A stretch of 64,000 nt of DNA, from contig NC_043005.1 of NCBI RefSeq assembly GCF_006345805.1, positions 20,026,001 through 20,090,000 on the forward strand. The letters run 5' to 3'. Of this stretch, positions 27,609-40,548 are shown piece by piece. The stretch comes from Octopus sinensis. Taxonomy: Eukaryota. Under the pieces are notes generated by a model. It saw nothing but the letters and a program-made list of their open reading frames with translations, was not told the origin of the DNA and did no database searches. The translations under genes and the position numbers were made by a program. The number at the start of each line of letters is the position of its first letter. Position 1 is the first letter of the stretch.

Positions 27609-28620
27609 TGTATGAGATGCTCTAATATTCTACCAGGTCATGGCTCTGATTATGCTATCTTCCAAAAGGATGAAAGGTAAATTTGACAAATCAATTAGTT
27701 AGTTAATTAATTAATTAGTTAATTAAAAATAAAACTGAAGTGAACTGATACCAGCGTTTTTTACTAGTAGAATGATGCTCCTAAGCTACAAGAGTATTTG
27801 TTTCTCTTGATGATTTCACATTAAAAACTTTGCAAAATTTATATTTAAAAAATTTTAGTTTATATTGGATTTTAATTTGAATTCCTAATTTCAAATTTAG
27901 ATTATTTTACTTTCATCAATTTAAAATTTCAAATGGATAAATAACTAAAAACATTTTTGTTTGATAAAAGAGAAAGGAAAATAAATTATAATTTATTTTA
28001 GTTTTGCACCAGTTTACTTACATTAGTTCTTTATCTATTGTTCAAACCAGATCAATCCTGATCAAAGATATCACAGCTGTGTCTATTTCATCTAGTGAAT
28101 CTAGTTCTACATTATCTAATGTGTCTTTCTATTTTTTAGACAGTAGGGTGTGATCGATTTTGAGTTGGAGAGACTTTTAGCTGCTACAGCATTGAGTAAG
28201 AGCATAAAACATAAAGCAGAGGTGGAAGCCCACATTCAAATTTACTGCCATCTGACAAGGACACTTCTCAAAACATTTTATACTACAAAAACTATTATTT
28301 TATAAAATATAATTATTCACAAAGACAATAAACAAAATTTAAAGACAGGCAACACTTTGAAATTAGCATCCTTGCCATAACATTAAAAATGTTTTATTTT
28401 AATTATTTATTTATTTATTTATTTATTTTAATTTCAGATTTGTGTCGTTTATGCACAAATGTAATTACCCTAAACAAATAATTACAAATATAGATAAAGA
28501 AATATAAACAGCTATTTCTAAAATTTATAACTTGTTGATAAGATAAAGCTTTGAATAAAATTATATCAACAAAAATATTTCTGCATAATGATTTTCCCTG
28601 AAACATTGTACTTCTATCAG

Positions 28621-28674
28621 AAGGATGTACGCAGCCCTTCAGGAAGCTGCTGATTCTCCATCACTAATAGATAG
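28621..28674 (+). CDS. Candidate internal exon (RMYAALQEAADSPSLID(R))
   Basis: cattgtacttctatcag acceptor, GC-richer island, ag|gttctt donor (weak), phase 2-2. An alternative longer in-frame donor tgt|gtaaga exists. Confidence 0.4.
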
Positions 28675-29701
28675 GTTCTTTCAAATTCACATCTTTATTA
28701 TTCCAATCATTATGTTGCACCTCTGTGTAAGACATTTAAATCTGCTAGCTCCAAAAAGCACAAAAAAGTAGAAGAAAATTATAATCCAATGAAACAAACG
28801 TTGATTTGTGTCAACATAAAACAGTTAATAATATTTCTATGTTTATGTTTCTGTGTCTAGATTGTCTTTATTTTCTTTATTTTTTCTCTAGTAATGTTTC
28901 CCAACATTTAGTTATTTGCACATCATATTTCAACAGTTCATTACCTTGAATGTATTGTCTGTTGTTTATTTAAAACACTGTCTGGCAATTTAATGAAAAC
29001 ATTTTAATGTAATTTTAATTGTCTTCAGATAATATAACATAACAAGGTACTAAAATATAATTTCTCTGAGCAATTATTTTCTAGTGGGTATAAAATGAAG
29101 ATAAATATACATAATCACTAATATTATCTCTCTTAACAAGAAGCAACATCATGATAATATAGGGGAGCCAAAAGCTGGACTTCCTGAAGAAATATTTATG
29201 CTTTATGGCATTAAATTTTAAGACACATACCAAAATGCATCCATTTTCTTACATTAATTAACCAGAAGAAATGTTTAACCTAATATTAACCAAAAGTGTA
29301 ATGAATGAAAACAAAATGGGATTTGTCACAATATTAATGTTCAATATTGGATAGTTGTTGATGTTACTGTTTTAACTATAGATCAACTCTTATCTATCAG
29401 ACTTATGACTAGTGGCACTCCAGTATGGTCTTCTGTCTTTTGCTTTTATGGAAAGATATGATTGAGGGAGATTTGGCACCTTTTTCCAGTAAGTTGAGTG
29501 ACCTTTATAGCAGCACTTTTGTTCACTTGCATTTGGTACATCTCACTTTTATAGCTTCCAATATCTAAAAGTAAACATACTATTATATACTTGTGTGTAT
29601 GACTGAAATTCTACTGCAGTTCATTTTTGTGAGTAAATGATATACATACATTTCATGTGCATATGTGTGTATATATGTATGTATGTTTCTATCTATCTAT
29701 C

Positions 29702-29774
<73 letters not shown>

Positions 29775-29809
29775 GATAGATAGATAAATCTGTGTATGTA
29801 TATGTGTAA

Positions 29810-29852
<43 letters not shown>

Positions 29853-29884
29853 ATATGTTTATGTATATGTGTGTGTGCTGCGTG

Positions 29885-29922
<38 letters not shown>

Positions 29923-30493
29923 CACACAAGAATGTATGTACCTATATAATTAGAGACCCAAAACATACAGTCCAAATACACACTGAAGTAGTTTCAGTGG
30001 ATTTGAACTGACTCTCTCTCTCTCTCTCTCTGAGTTAGTAATCAATCATTTAATTGACACAACTATTTCCCTTCTTTGTTTCACAAGGTGACTTTAACCA
30101 GCTAAAGAAAGTTAAATCAGCATCCAGCAAACCTACTTGTATTTTTATTTATTATTTTTCACAAGAAAAATGGCCCAACAATTAAATTCTGCTGCTATAG
30201 CTTGGCGAGAGTAAAGTTTGCTTTGCTTTCCTGCCAAAATATATTATTATCATTATTGTTATTATTATAGAGAAAACATTATATCAATAAAGAAAAAATT
30301 ATTGTTGTTGTTGTTACTACTACTACTACTACTACTACTACTATTATCATTATTATTAATGTTCACTAATTTTAGGAAAATGATTTGGCAGAAACATTAC
30401 AGTTTGCTATTAAATACTGTATGTTAGTATTTAGTCTCATCCTGCCACCATCTGAGTTCAGATCCTGGCAGAACCATCTTCATTCCTGGCATC

Positions 30494-30537
<44 letters not shown>

Positions 30538-30982
30538 CTAGTTAAAATATGATTGTAATATGATGTGATGTAAATGGTTCTTCAGCCCCAATGGCTGGGT
30601 AGAAAGCGACTTTAATGAGCTCTGTTCTCGGCTAAGAAAATAAGAAATGACCCAACTCATGAATAGAATACTAATATATAATGAGTGCAGACATGGCTGC
30701 AGGGTTAAAAAAATTCTTCATTTTATAACCACAAGGCTTTGGGTTTGGTCAAACTATGTAGCACCTTGGGTAAGAACAAGAGGATATGTGTGCATAGGTA
30801 TAGGCTTGATGTGTGGTTAAGAAATTTGCTTCTTAACCACATGATCTTAGATTTCAATCCCACTGCATTGTACCTTGAGCAAGTACCTTCTATTTTTACC
30901 TTGGGTCAAACTATATTTTGTAGATAGAATGGAAGATGGAAACTGTATAAAATCCCACTTAATACACACACACACACACACA

Positions 30983-31345
30983 TAGTTGGTTATGGCTAAA
31001 TTTCATGGTCAACTGCATACTATTATTGATGCTACTAAGTAGGAATTTGAAATCATAGAGTTCATCTAGATTGAATGTCTATAGAATAAGGCAATCATCT
31101 GAGTATCATTTCCAATTTTTCAACAGATAATTTCGAAAGTGGATGCTGTATTTTATTCAAGTTTGTTCATATATCTGGACTTCTAGATATGCCATAACTA
31201 AGTTGGCATGTGTTGGGGCAACTTTTGCACACATTGCAGTTTCAGACATTTGTTATTAGATGTTTCCTCGAAAATGAACAAATTATTTTCAAGAATTGTG
31301 ATCAATTGTTGACCAATTAGATCTGGAATTTCATTCACAGGTCCG
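30983..31345 (-). mobile_element. PLE reverse transcriptase core remnant
   Basis: Minus strand with frameshifts: ETAMCAKVAPTHANLVMAYLE..NWK*YSDDCLIL..SINNSMQLTMKFS, matching the PLE pattern GTAMG..AP.YAN / RY.DD / N..IQFT. Confidence 0.75.
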
Positions 31346-31725
31346 GGGCGAGTAGATAGCAATAATACAGTGAGACAGGACATGTGGGAGGAGCACACAG
31401 GTCGGGGGCAAACAAAGAGCAATGATACAGTGGCACAGGGCCAAGTGGACAGGACTGGGGAGTGGGAGGTAAGCATAGTGCATGATGCAGAAATGTGAGG
31501 AAGAGAAGAGATGTAGTTTGGTTTGTTGTGGTAGAGTGTGTGAGAAGTTTTCTTGTTAACTGGGTGAGACACATAGCACATCTAGAACTCAGTTTATATA
31601 TAGAAATAATTGAGATTCAGTTGAATTAGGTACTTAAGTTGAAGCACCAGGTCAGTGTATTATTATGCATACAACTCAAAGTAAGGTGAATAAAATCAAA
31701 AAATGCAACAAGATATCAAGAGGTG

Positions 31726-31812
31726 ATGCAGTACGACCGTTTCAAGTGGCTCATTTAATTGAAAAATGCAATCATTACTTCAATTTAATTGCAGGGCTAT
31801 CCTCAGCTGCAT
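31726..31812 (-). ncRNA. Type I hammerhead ribozyme motif in the inverted pLTR
   Basis: Minus strand: ATGCAG-CTGAGGA-(56 nt)-GAAAC-GGTC-GTA-CTGCAT. Stem I is a perfect 6 bp. Confidence 0.7.
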
Positions 31813-34063
31813 AAATAAATAGAATGTTTAATCAGTTGCACACATTAATATAATTTTGCTCAAATTCTCTAATAGAGTAAGAAGAGTGGAAAGAGTCCAT
31901 GTTGCTAAGACTATACTACACTTCTAAGAACTGTATGAAGTTTGATAGGATCATAGCTTGTAAAGGATTGTGGTTCATTTTAATTTATTAGTCTTTTTTT
32001 TATCAACTACGAAATTTGAAAATAAGGACTTGATCTGGTATAATGTTCCCTTCAACTGTGCCATATCCATAAACATAGATAGGAAACTTATGACAATTTT
32101 AGAAAAAAAACTTCCCTACTTCCCATAGATATAACTGAATTTTTTCCCATAAGACAGTTAGAATCTCATATTCTACTCTCCCCAATATGAGTACCATCAT
32201 AGAAAGATTAAATAGAAAGAATATTAAATTAGCAAGAAGTGGTAATGATATTAATGTTACTGTTAACACTAACTTAAACCCCTACAATGTGAATAGTAAT
32301 GATATTAATAGTGACATAGAAAATAGAAACAGTGGTACTAATGCTTCTAATATATACAATATAGACAGTAGCTCTGAGGTCTATACTAGCACAGGGATTA
32401 CTGATATGCCTGATAATGCTGGGATGAATGTGAATGATACTACAATTGAAGGATGGAGAGGTAATACCAGATATGAAAATAATACAAACAATAGTAGTTG
32501 TAGGATTAATATTAATAGTAATATTAATAATAATAATAGTATGAATATCAATAATATTAATAGTAGTAATTCTCCTAGTTGCAATTGTAGAGTTAAATCC
32601 CATTGTCCGTTAGTAGGCTGATGTCTAATCCAAAACATAATCTATAAGTGTACAATCATAACTGTATCTGGTAACTTTGTATATATAAGATCATCATCAT
32701 CATCATCATCATTTAGCGTCCGTTCAATAAATATGAAAAAACGTATTAATAACCATTTTTCATCTTTTAGGCTCAAACATAAGGCCAATTGTACATCCTT
32801 GTCTCGAAAGATTTGGTAACTGAAGGAAAGTGGAATCGAATTTAGCCTTAAATGGGACATAATAAGGAAAGCACTGCCTTATAGAGATAGTCGATATGGG
32901 TGCAAGCTGTGCTCTATGGAAACTTATGAAATTTTTAGGTATAGGGACAAGGGCAACCTGATTAAGAATAGATTAGACCTAAGGGTATCATGCATACATC
33001 GGGTCATCTGTACATTTAAATATTTTCGAAATTAGTGTTTAAAGATGCTACCCTTGAACCTGAATAAGGGAAATTAATCCGATGTGAACCTATTCCCCTA
33101 GTATTATATATAATAAATTATATATAGTTTCTTACTATTCTATATGATTTCTTATTATTTTGTTTTCTTATTTTGATACCTTTACCTATTAACCTCTTAT
33201 CTCTTATAAGTTATTAATCATATTAAAGAGAGATATAAACTTTCTAGTTACTTAAGTCTATGAGAGTTGATTATAACACACCTAAAATAAAGTACAAATA
33301 TTTGTGGATATTTGCATGTGAGCACATAGTTAAATATGTGTATGTATCTATGCACAACTTATTTTTTTCCAATTTTTCTTTGATTCTTAGCTTATAATTA
33401 ATGTAAAGAGAGCATGATTTATCACCTCAGTATTCCAGAAGTAAATACCCAGAGTAATCTTTAAAGTAACAACGTAATAAGTAAATTAATTAAGTACAGG
33501 AATGAATATTAAACTAATTCTATGTAATCTTCCCTTTCTAATGTTGAAAATTAGTATATATACACATTTTATCTATTCTGTTTATAATATCATTTTTAGT
33601 AATCTTAACTTTTATCTTTATACAACGTAACAATATTGTTTATATACAATCATCCATAGTACCCCATGATAATTTTCTCTGTATTAACATCATAGGTTTT
33701 ATTAGCATCTTGCCCCTTTAACTGGCAATTAACATCTTGATTTGGGGGTCTTCTCCTACCCAGCTTCCTTTATAGACATTTATTTATACAAATCTTAAAA
33801 TCTTAACCCAACTATAAACTGTGAACTCACTCATTTCTAAACAGACACTCCCCTCTAGCCTTAGATTTGGTAGTTGATAAAAAAAGACTAATAAATTAAA
33901 AGTGAACTACAATTCTTTACAAGCTATGACCCTAACACACTTCATACAGTTCTTAGAAGTGTAGTATAGTCTTAGCAACATTAGTAGCCCTCTTCTTGTT
34001 CTATTAGAGAATTTGAGTAAAATTATATTAATGTGTCCAACTGATTAAAAATTCTATTTATTT

Positions 34064-34150
34064 ATGCAGCTGAGGATTGCTCTGCAATTAAATTGAAGTA
34101 ATGATTGCATTGTTCAATTAAATGAGCTGCTTGAAACGGTCGTACTGCAT
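34064..34150 (+). ncRNA. Type I hammerhead ribozyme motif in the 3' pLTR
   Basis: ATGCAG(34064-69)-CTGAGGA-(56 nt)-GAAAC(34133-37)-GGTC-GTA(34142-44)-CTGCAT. Confidence 0.72.
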
Positions 34151-34279
34151 CACCTCTTGATATCCTGTTGCTTATTTTGATTTTATATATATATTAATAT
34201 AGGATGAAATTTTTTTCAGAAAAAAATTTCATCAAAAAGTGACAGCATATTAAAATACCTTTAAAGGTTAAAATTATAA

Positions 34280-34528
34280 ACAACTTATAAACAATGGCAA
34301 AAGAAAAATTATTTCCATTACAATATGCTGATAACAGACTTTTAAATCGTCAATTTCCACATATCATTATACACTTACTATAAATACACGTCGTGCTGAA
34401 ATCAATTTCAGCACGACGTGTATTTATAGTGAGTGTATAATGATATGTGGAAATTGATGATTTAAAAGTCTGTTATCAGCATATTGGCATGGAAATAATT
34501 TTTTCTTTCGCCCTTGTTTATAAGTTGT
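34280..34528. repeat. About 250-bp imperfect palindrome with a 2-nt centre
   Basis: Centre cgtcgtgctgaaat-ca-atttcagcacgacg. Arms extend to acaacttataaac / gtttataagttgt with few mismatches. Confidence 0.9.
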
Positions 34529-34535
34529 ATATATA

Positions 34536-34599
<64 letters not shown>

Positions 34600-36889
34600 T
34601 GTGTGTGTGTGGGTGTTGTGCCTGTGCAGATGTTTGTCTGAAAATAGTCAATTCTGATTCTCATAAATCATCATTTAAACAAAAAGAAAGGTTGTCATAG
34701 TGTTTTCATTCCTATTGAACTTATGTTCACTGGGAATGAAGACTCTCAATGTAGTTGAAAGAAAACTTCTTTATTGTAAAATAGGAAAAACTATCCAGTC
34801 CTAATAGTACTGCCTGAAATCAGTATTCATCCAACTTATACCAGCATAGAAAACAGACTTAAAAATGAACAAGCAAGAATACAAATACACACATGTGAGT
34901 CAGAGTATCAAAAAGTATTGTTCTTAGACTAAGTTGTCTTCCAGAACCTTCCTTTTGATGACAAATACAATAATCCAGAATGACTGAAAATAATTTTAGG
35001 CTGTCTACAAATATACAGTAAAACAGATTTTAAAAAGAAAAGTGAAGATAAAAAATAATAAAGAAAACATGAAAAATAATTGTGTATATATAAATATATT
35101 CAAAAAAGAAAATTAGAAATAAATAAATGAAAATAAGTTTAAGAAAGTAAACAAGGAAAATTAAATAAATGAAATTTAATTAGTGGATAGTTAGTCATAG
35201 TAATCTTGTTAGTAAATTTTCTTTTCTTAAGTGGAGACACAAGGATATATTTTATAACTTGAAGGAGGATGGATATAGGTAAACTAAATCTAGCACAGTA
35301 TACTACCTCAGTATATAACACTCTGTCAGGAGTTCAAGTTTACTGCAGGAACAAATCTGGGAATTTAGCTATTTTATTTTCAATGGTTTGGATACATAGA
35401 CAACCAGATAGATTAAATACAATTTTACCTATCACAAATGTTTTTGTTAAGTCAACAAATACCACATACAGGAACCTGTCTGGTTATTTTATACATAATT
35501 CCTAGAGCTAGAGCCAGAAGACAATGTTTATTATTTTAAATTTGGGCAATAAGCACCAAAAATGTTGATTCAGCCCTGCTCTATGTAAACTCAAAGATAG
35601 CATCAGAGTTCAAAGGCAGCTGACATCAACATCGCCTTTCAGGAACAGAGAAAATAAAATACCAGTCAAGTACTGAGGTAGATGTAATCAACTAACCCCA
35701 TCTCCCTTAAAAAAATTGCTGGCTTTGTGCCAAAATTAGAAAGAATTATTTTCATTATTATTATTATCCTACCTTGTATTTTGGTGGAAGGAAAGTGTTT
35801 AAAGCCCATTGCATACATACATACATACATACATACATACATACATACATACATACATACATGTAGTACACATATATTCTTAATACACATAAATACATGA
35901 TATATATATATATACACATATATAATGTTAGCATGTACATTTGTATGCTTGTAAGAAAGTTTACATTCTGCACTTCTCTGAAAATCTGTCTGGTGGGCCT
36001 GCAGTTCTGTGCTTTCAAAGATCAGTGGAATAAAAATAACTTCCTCACTTGAAAAACAAGTAAGGGTTATCAACAGGCAGTACATCTGGCTGTAAAATGT
36101 GACAACAATGCCTCAATATGTATTCATCTAACCCATGCTAATCAAAAAATGAACACAAATATATATATATATTCACTTCCAATTTATTACTTTTACTTTA
36201 GCAAATTGCACACATTCATGCACATCTATTTATTTACCTTTCTACTAGTAGTCTTCAGTTTTGTGAATTACCATGTCATACAGTCTATCTCCAAGCATAG
36301 AGATTTGTGATAAGCACAGGATTTTAAAATGTGATTTGACTTCTTTTGTTACAAATAATGAGATTTTTGATAAGGGGTCAACCGTATTTATTTACATATT
36401 TATTTATGAATTATTAATGAATGGAAGAAGTAAGGTGGCCAAATGGCTATCACAGCTATTGATTTCTTCTTCTTTATATCAAACTTTCATTATCGGCACA
36501 GAGGGAGGAAAATGATGCTTTGATTTATTGGAATTTATCCTAGTTTACAAATTGAATCGTCATCACCATCATCATTATTGTCTTCATAATTTGTATCACT
36601 GTCAGCATCATCATTATCTTCCTCACCAGCATCATCACCTTCACTACCACCAACATTATCACCCCCACCATCATCATATTCATTATCACTTTCACAATCA
36701 ACTTTGTCACCATCACATTCATCATCACCACCATCACCCCGCCCTCATGGTCTCCACTTCAATCATCAACACCATCATCATATTCCTCACTATTACTATT
36801 ATCACTACTACCATCATCATCTTCACCAATGTATTAACATCTAGTTCAAATAAGGTTCCTCCTATCCCCTGAATTAGACAAGTTTCCCT

Positions 36890-37060
36890 AACAGCATATT
36901 GCTATTTGTCATAGTCTTTGGTCTCCTTGTTTGTCAGGTCCAAATCCTGTGATCTGGGATCTTAATTCATCACTTCTTTCCATGTCTTCCTTGTATTTGG
37001 GAATGATTTCAATGACATCTTTGATAACAGAATAGCTAGAAGACCAGACAGCTAGCCATT
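36890..37060 (-). mobile_element. Old RTE 3'-end remnant
   Basis: Alternative minus frame reads TRKTWKEVMN*D..QYAV, like the RTE C-terminus at 4824-4920. Confidence 0.5.
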
Positions 37061-37291
37061 TGTAGGTCAGTGGTTCATTTTCTATCAACTCAGTGTCTGT
37101 AACCAAGATACATGACTCATAGATAGGTCCCAGTACAGATGTAGACAAGCCTGCTTGTATGATTAAGAAATTTGCTTTGCAACTTCGTGTTTCCTGGTTT
37201 GATCCCAGTGGAGTAGCTTGGGTGAGTCTCAGCCATGAATTAAATTTAATAAATAGAAGCTGTACAGAATCCTGTTGAATCAGTGTGTGTA

Positions 37292-37322
<31 letters not shown>

Positions 37323-37767
37323 TGTGTGTGTGTGTGTGTTTCAATAATTTATGTTGGTAAAAGTTTTTCTTTCCTCGTGGTGAGAAACTTGCTTAATAAA
37401 TGTATTCAAACAAAACAAGGTATATTGTGGTACTTATTCTACCCGGATTGCACAGATGTTCCCTTATCACTCTCACCATCAGAAATGCAGTCAGCAAGTA
37501 ATCAATTCAATTAAAACCCATAACTAACTATGCTAAGGTTCACAAAATGTAAAATTCAAGTAAGGTACTTAATAAATCACTGTCACTAACAGCTGTTCCA
37601 CTATAAAAGTGACAAATCTTCTGTTATCCTGTGCACTCTTAAATTTAACTCCTACGTTGAGTAATTGATGGATAAGCTCCATTAACCTGATTCCTCTTAG
37701 ATACATTTTGTGAAGACATGGCCTTCGATGGTGGTTCTTCAATGATCTAATGGATTAGAAGACTAAC

Positions 37768-37931
37768 ACAGTTCTATATTTAAGAGATGAGGAATTATGT
37801 ACATTATTTACATTTGTCCTTATCTTGTTTGTTGTTAACGAGTTTCGGCTGATATACCTTCCAGCCTTCATCGTGTGTCTCAGGGAAATTTCGAACCTGG
37901 GCTCTCATTCCTAAGGTATTTTTCGATGCTG

Positions 37932-37975
<44 letters not shown>

Positions 37976-38122
37976 TTTCAGGTCACTGCCTGGAATCGAA
38001 CTCGGAATCTTGGGGTTAGTAGCCTTAACCTCTTAACCACTGTGCTCACTGGCATATGGTGTAGTGGTTAAGAGCATGGGCTACTAACCCCAAGATTCCA
38101 AGATCGATTCCAGGCAGTGACT

Positions 38123-38174
<52 letters not shown>

Positions 38175-38328
38175 TAATAGCATCAAAAAATACCTTAGGA
38201 ATAAGAACCCAAACTCAAAATTTCCCCAAGAAAACCTAATGAAGGCTGGAGGGTACATCAGCCGAAACGTGTTAACAACAAATAAGATGAGGACAAATAT
38301 CTGTCAAATGTAAATAATGTAAAATAAA
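37768..38328. mobile_element. Head-to-head dimer of a tRNA-headed SINE with (AAT)n middle and hammerhead-like PLE-type tail, flanked by an 11-bp direct repeat
   Basis: Left copy on minus (37768-38045), right copy on plus (38051-38320). agaagactaac occurs at 37757-37767 and 38329-38339. Confidence 0.85.
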
Positions 38329-40500
38329 AGAAGACTAACCATAACTATTTCCAGTAGCCCAGTGTTTTATGCAGTGTTCTGTTACCATAATTCAAAACTC
38401 ATGACATTAGGCAGGAGAACAAATAACTCTTATTCTATGTGTTGATTTCTAATGCAGGCACAAGGCCCTGAGTATAGGAAGGATGGAGTTCTTATCTGGT
38501 TTGATTTTGATGCAATAGAAGCCACTTATTTTGATTACTTTAGGACTAAAACTTTTAGATAATAACCGAGCAATAATATTAGCAGGGGATACAAAAATTG
38601 CCAGATTGTGTTTGGAATCCACTAATTTTGATTTTAATAACTGTTTGGTGACATTATCTTTGATTGTGATAAACAGCATCCACCGTATTTTGGTATACAG
38701 AAACATTGCTCTGTGTAAATGCTCTAATGTTGGCCAACTAAGTTAATTGATAACTCTCACTCACAATATCTTGGTATTCTAACATTGAAACACACTCTGT
38801 CTTCACCTTACAGTTAGATGAAACTTGGAAATGTTACTGTCCATTGAATTCAAAGACCCAGTTTTTTATATCTAGGTACTAATAATAAATACAGTCAATT
38901 GGCAAAAATAATTGAGCAGGAAGCAATGATAATGTAATTAGATATATATGTGTCTCATTACATTCTGAGTTCAAATGCTGCCAGAGTTGGTTTTGCTTTT
39001 TCTCTTTCTGAAGTCAATATAGTAAAGTAGCTACTTGTCAAATACTGGGATGAAGAAAATCAGATATACCCACATTTGAAACCTTGTGTCTGTGTTAGAA
39101 ATCAAAATAAGGATCTCTAACATTGGTTCAGAGCCACAAATTTACAGAGGAGGGGGAGTATAGTCAAATGAACTAACTTGTGCTTACATTATTGATCAGT
39201 GAGGTAGGAAAGGCAAAATCAATCTCAATGAGATTTGAACTCAGAATGTAAAGTAAAGCAAGTGAATACTGTAAAATGTTAACAGTATGACACTATAATT
39301 TGTCATTCCACTGGGTAAATTTTTCCCATTCACAAAATATTGTTAGTACACTCTGAACTCTTAAGTACACTGTAGTAGAAGTGAGTTGCTATTCCTGATT
39401 GTTATTCAAATTAGTTCTCTTTATATGCTAAATCTCATGAGATTCTCAAATAGAAAATAAAAGCAATAAAGATTTGTGCAATAAATGTCTTTCTTTCTCA
39501 CAAGAATAATTTTCACAAATTTTTATCTGCAGTTGTTTGCTTCTTAAAAGTCTCTTGAGAGCTAGGATATAAGGGGAAATAAACACGAAGAAATTATTTA
39601 AAATAATTTTGCAGTGTATTTAGATATTAATCTTAACTTTGAAGTTTCAGAAAGATTAACAAAGCCACTATATTTGGTCATTTATAATCTTGAGACTTCA
39701 AATAATACATGTATTCCAAACAAATAAAACTTTAGTGTAATCACTTTAATTTCTTGTATATGTTGCTTGGATAAATGCCAGTGTTTTATTAAGGCCCCAT
39801 TTGCATTTTCCATTATTACCTATTCCTATAAAGAAGCAACAGCATATAATCAACAACAGCAAAAAACTGACACAAAAAGGATGATGTGTAATTAATAGTT
39901 TCCTAAATAAACAGAAAATTAGAAATTTGGGGGTAAAGAGCTTGCTAATTAGATTGACCCTAGAAACTATCTGGTACTTTATTTATCAACTTCCAGTTGG
40001 AAGTAAGGCAGAGTTGACTTCAGCAGGATTTGTACTTGAAACGTAATGTTGCACAATTAATATAAATTTTTAAAAAACCATCACCAATACCACCATGTTT
40101 TAACCATTTTTCAATGCTGGAATGGATAGGAAAAGTAACCCTTCATCTTGATTCCTTGTCATTTCATCTTATGGTCCAGCATCCTGATATCTGCCCTCAA
40201 TATCTTCCATTGTTTTCCTCTTCCACAGACACCTGCCACTGACATCACAATGTCTCCTTGTAATCTACTCACAATTCGTCTCCTTGGCTGATACCTTTAA
40301 TGCCCATCCACCCTCTCTTTCACTTCACTTCTATTATTTCTGTGCAAAAATATGATGCTGCACAGTCAACAAATCAAATAAAAATGCATTTATTGTAAAT
40401 ATCAGAATCTGAATTTCTATTCAGTTCTCTCTCATCTAGACAATAAGTTTAAATATATACTTTATGATAGAAAATGCATGTGTGTGTGTGTGTGTGTGTG

Positions 40501-40548
<48 letters not shown>

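Larger units (their letters stand above)
31690..34186 (+). mobile_element. 5'-truncated PLE with inverted pseudo-LTRs (about 31690-32016 minus, 33865-34186 plus); thumb, Asn-rich linker and C-terminal GIY-YIG remnant at 32021-33035
   Basis: LIWYNVPF..RISYSTLPNMSTII; CNCRVKSHCPLVG*CLIQNIIYKC..VYI; NHFSSF..TSLSRKIW..CKLC..CIH. The roughly 320-bp flanks are reverse complements. Nematis-like motif pattern (inference). Confidence 0.88.

Noticed and set aside
32619-32621. In-frame TGA in the PLE zinc motif (CPLVG*CL) as possible selenocysteine, as in some Naiad PLEs
   Set aside because: The TGA is not at a cysteine position and is probably CGA>TGA decay. Other stops occur downstream and the endonuclease is C-terminal, unlike Naiads.
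36528-36872. His-rich 114-aa ORF
   Set aside because: Degenerate (CAT/CAC)n microsatellite without supporting splice signals.
36909-37148. 79-aa minus ORF resembling a terminal exon
   Set aside because: Another frame matches the RTE C-terminus (RKTW.EV..D..YAV); it is a LINE remnant.
38051-38122. Possible tRNA gene
   Set aside because: The acceptor stem does not pair and the sequence continues into a SINE body; it is a SINE head.
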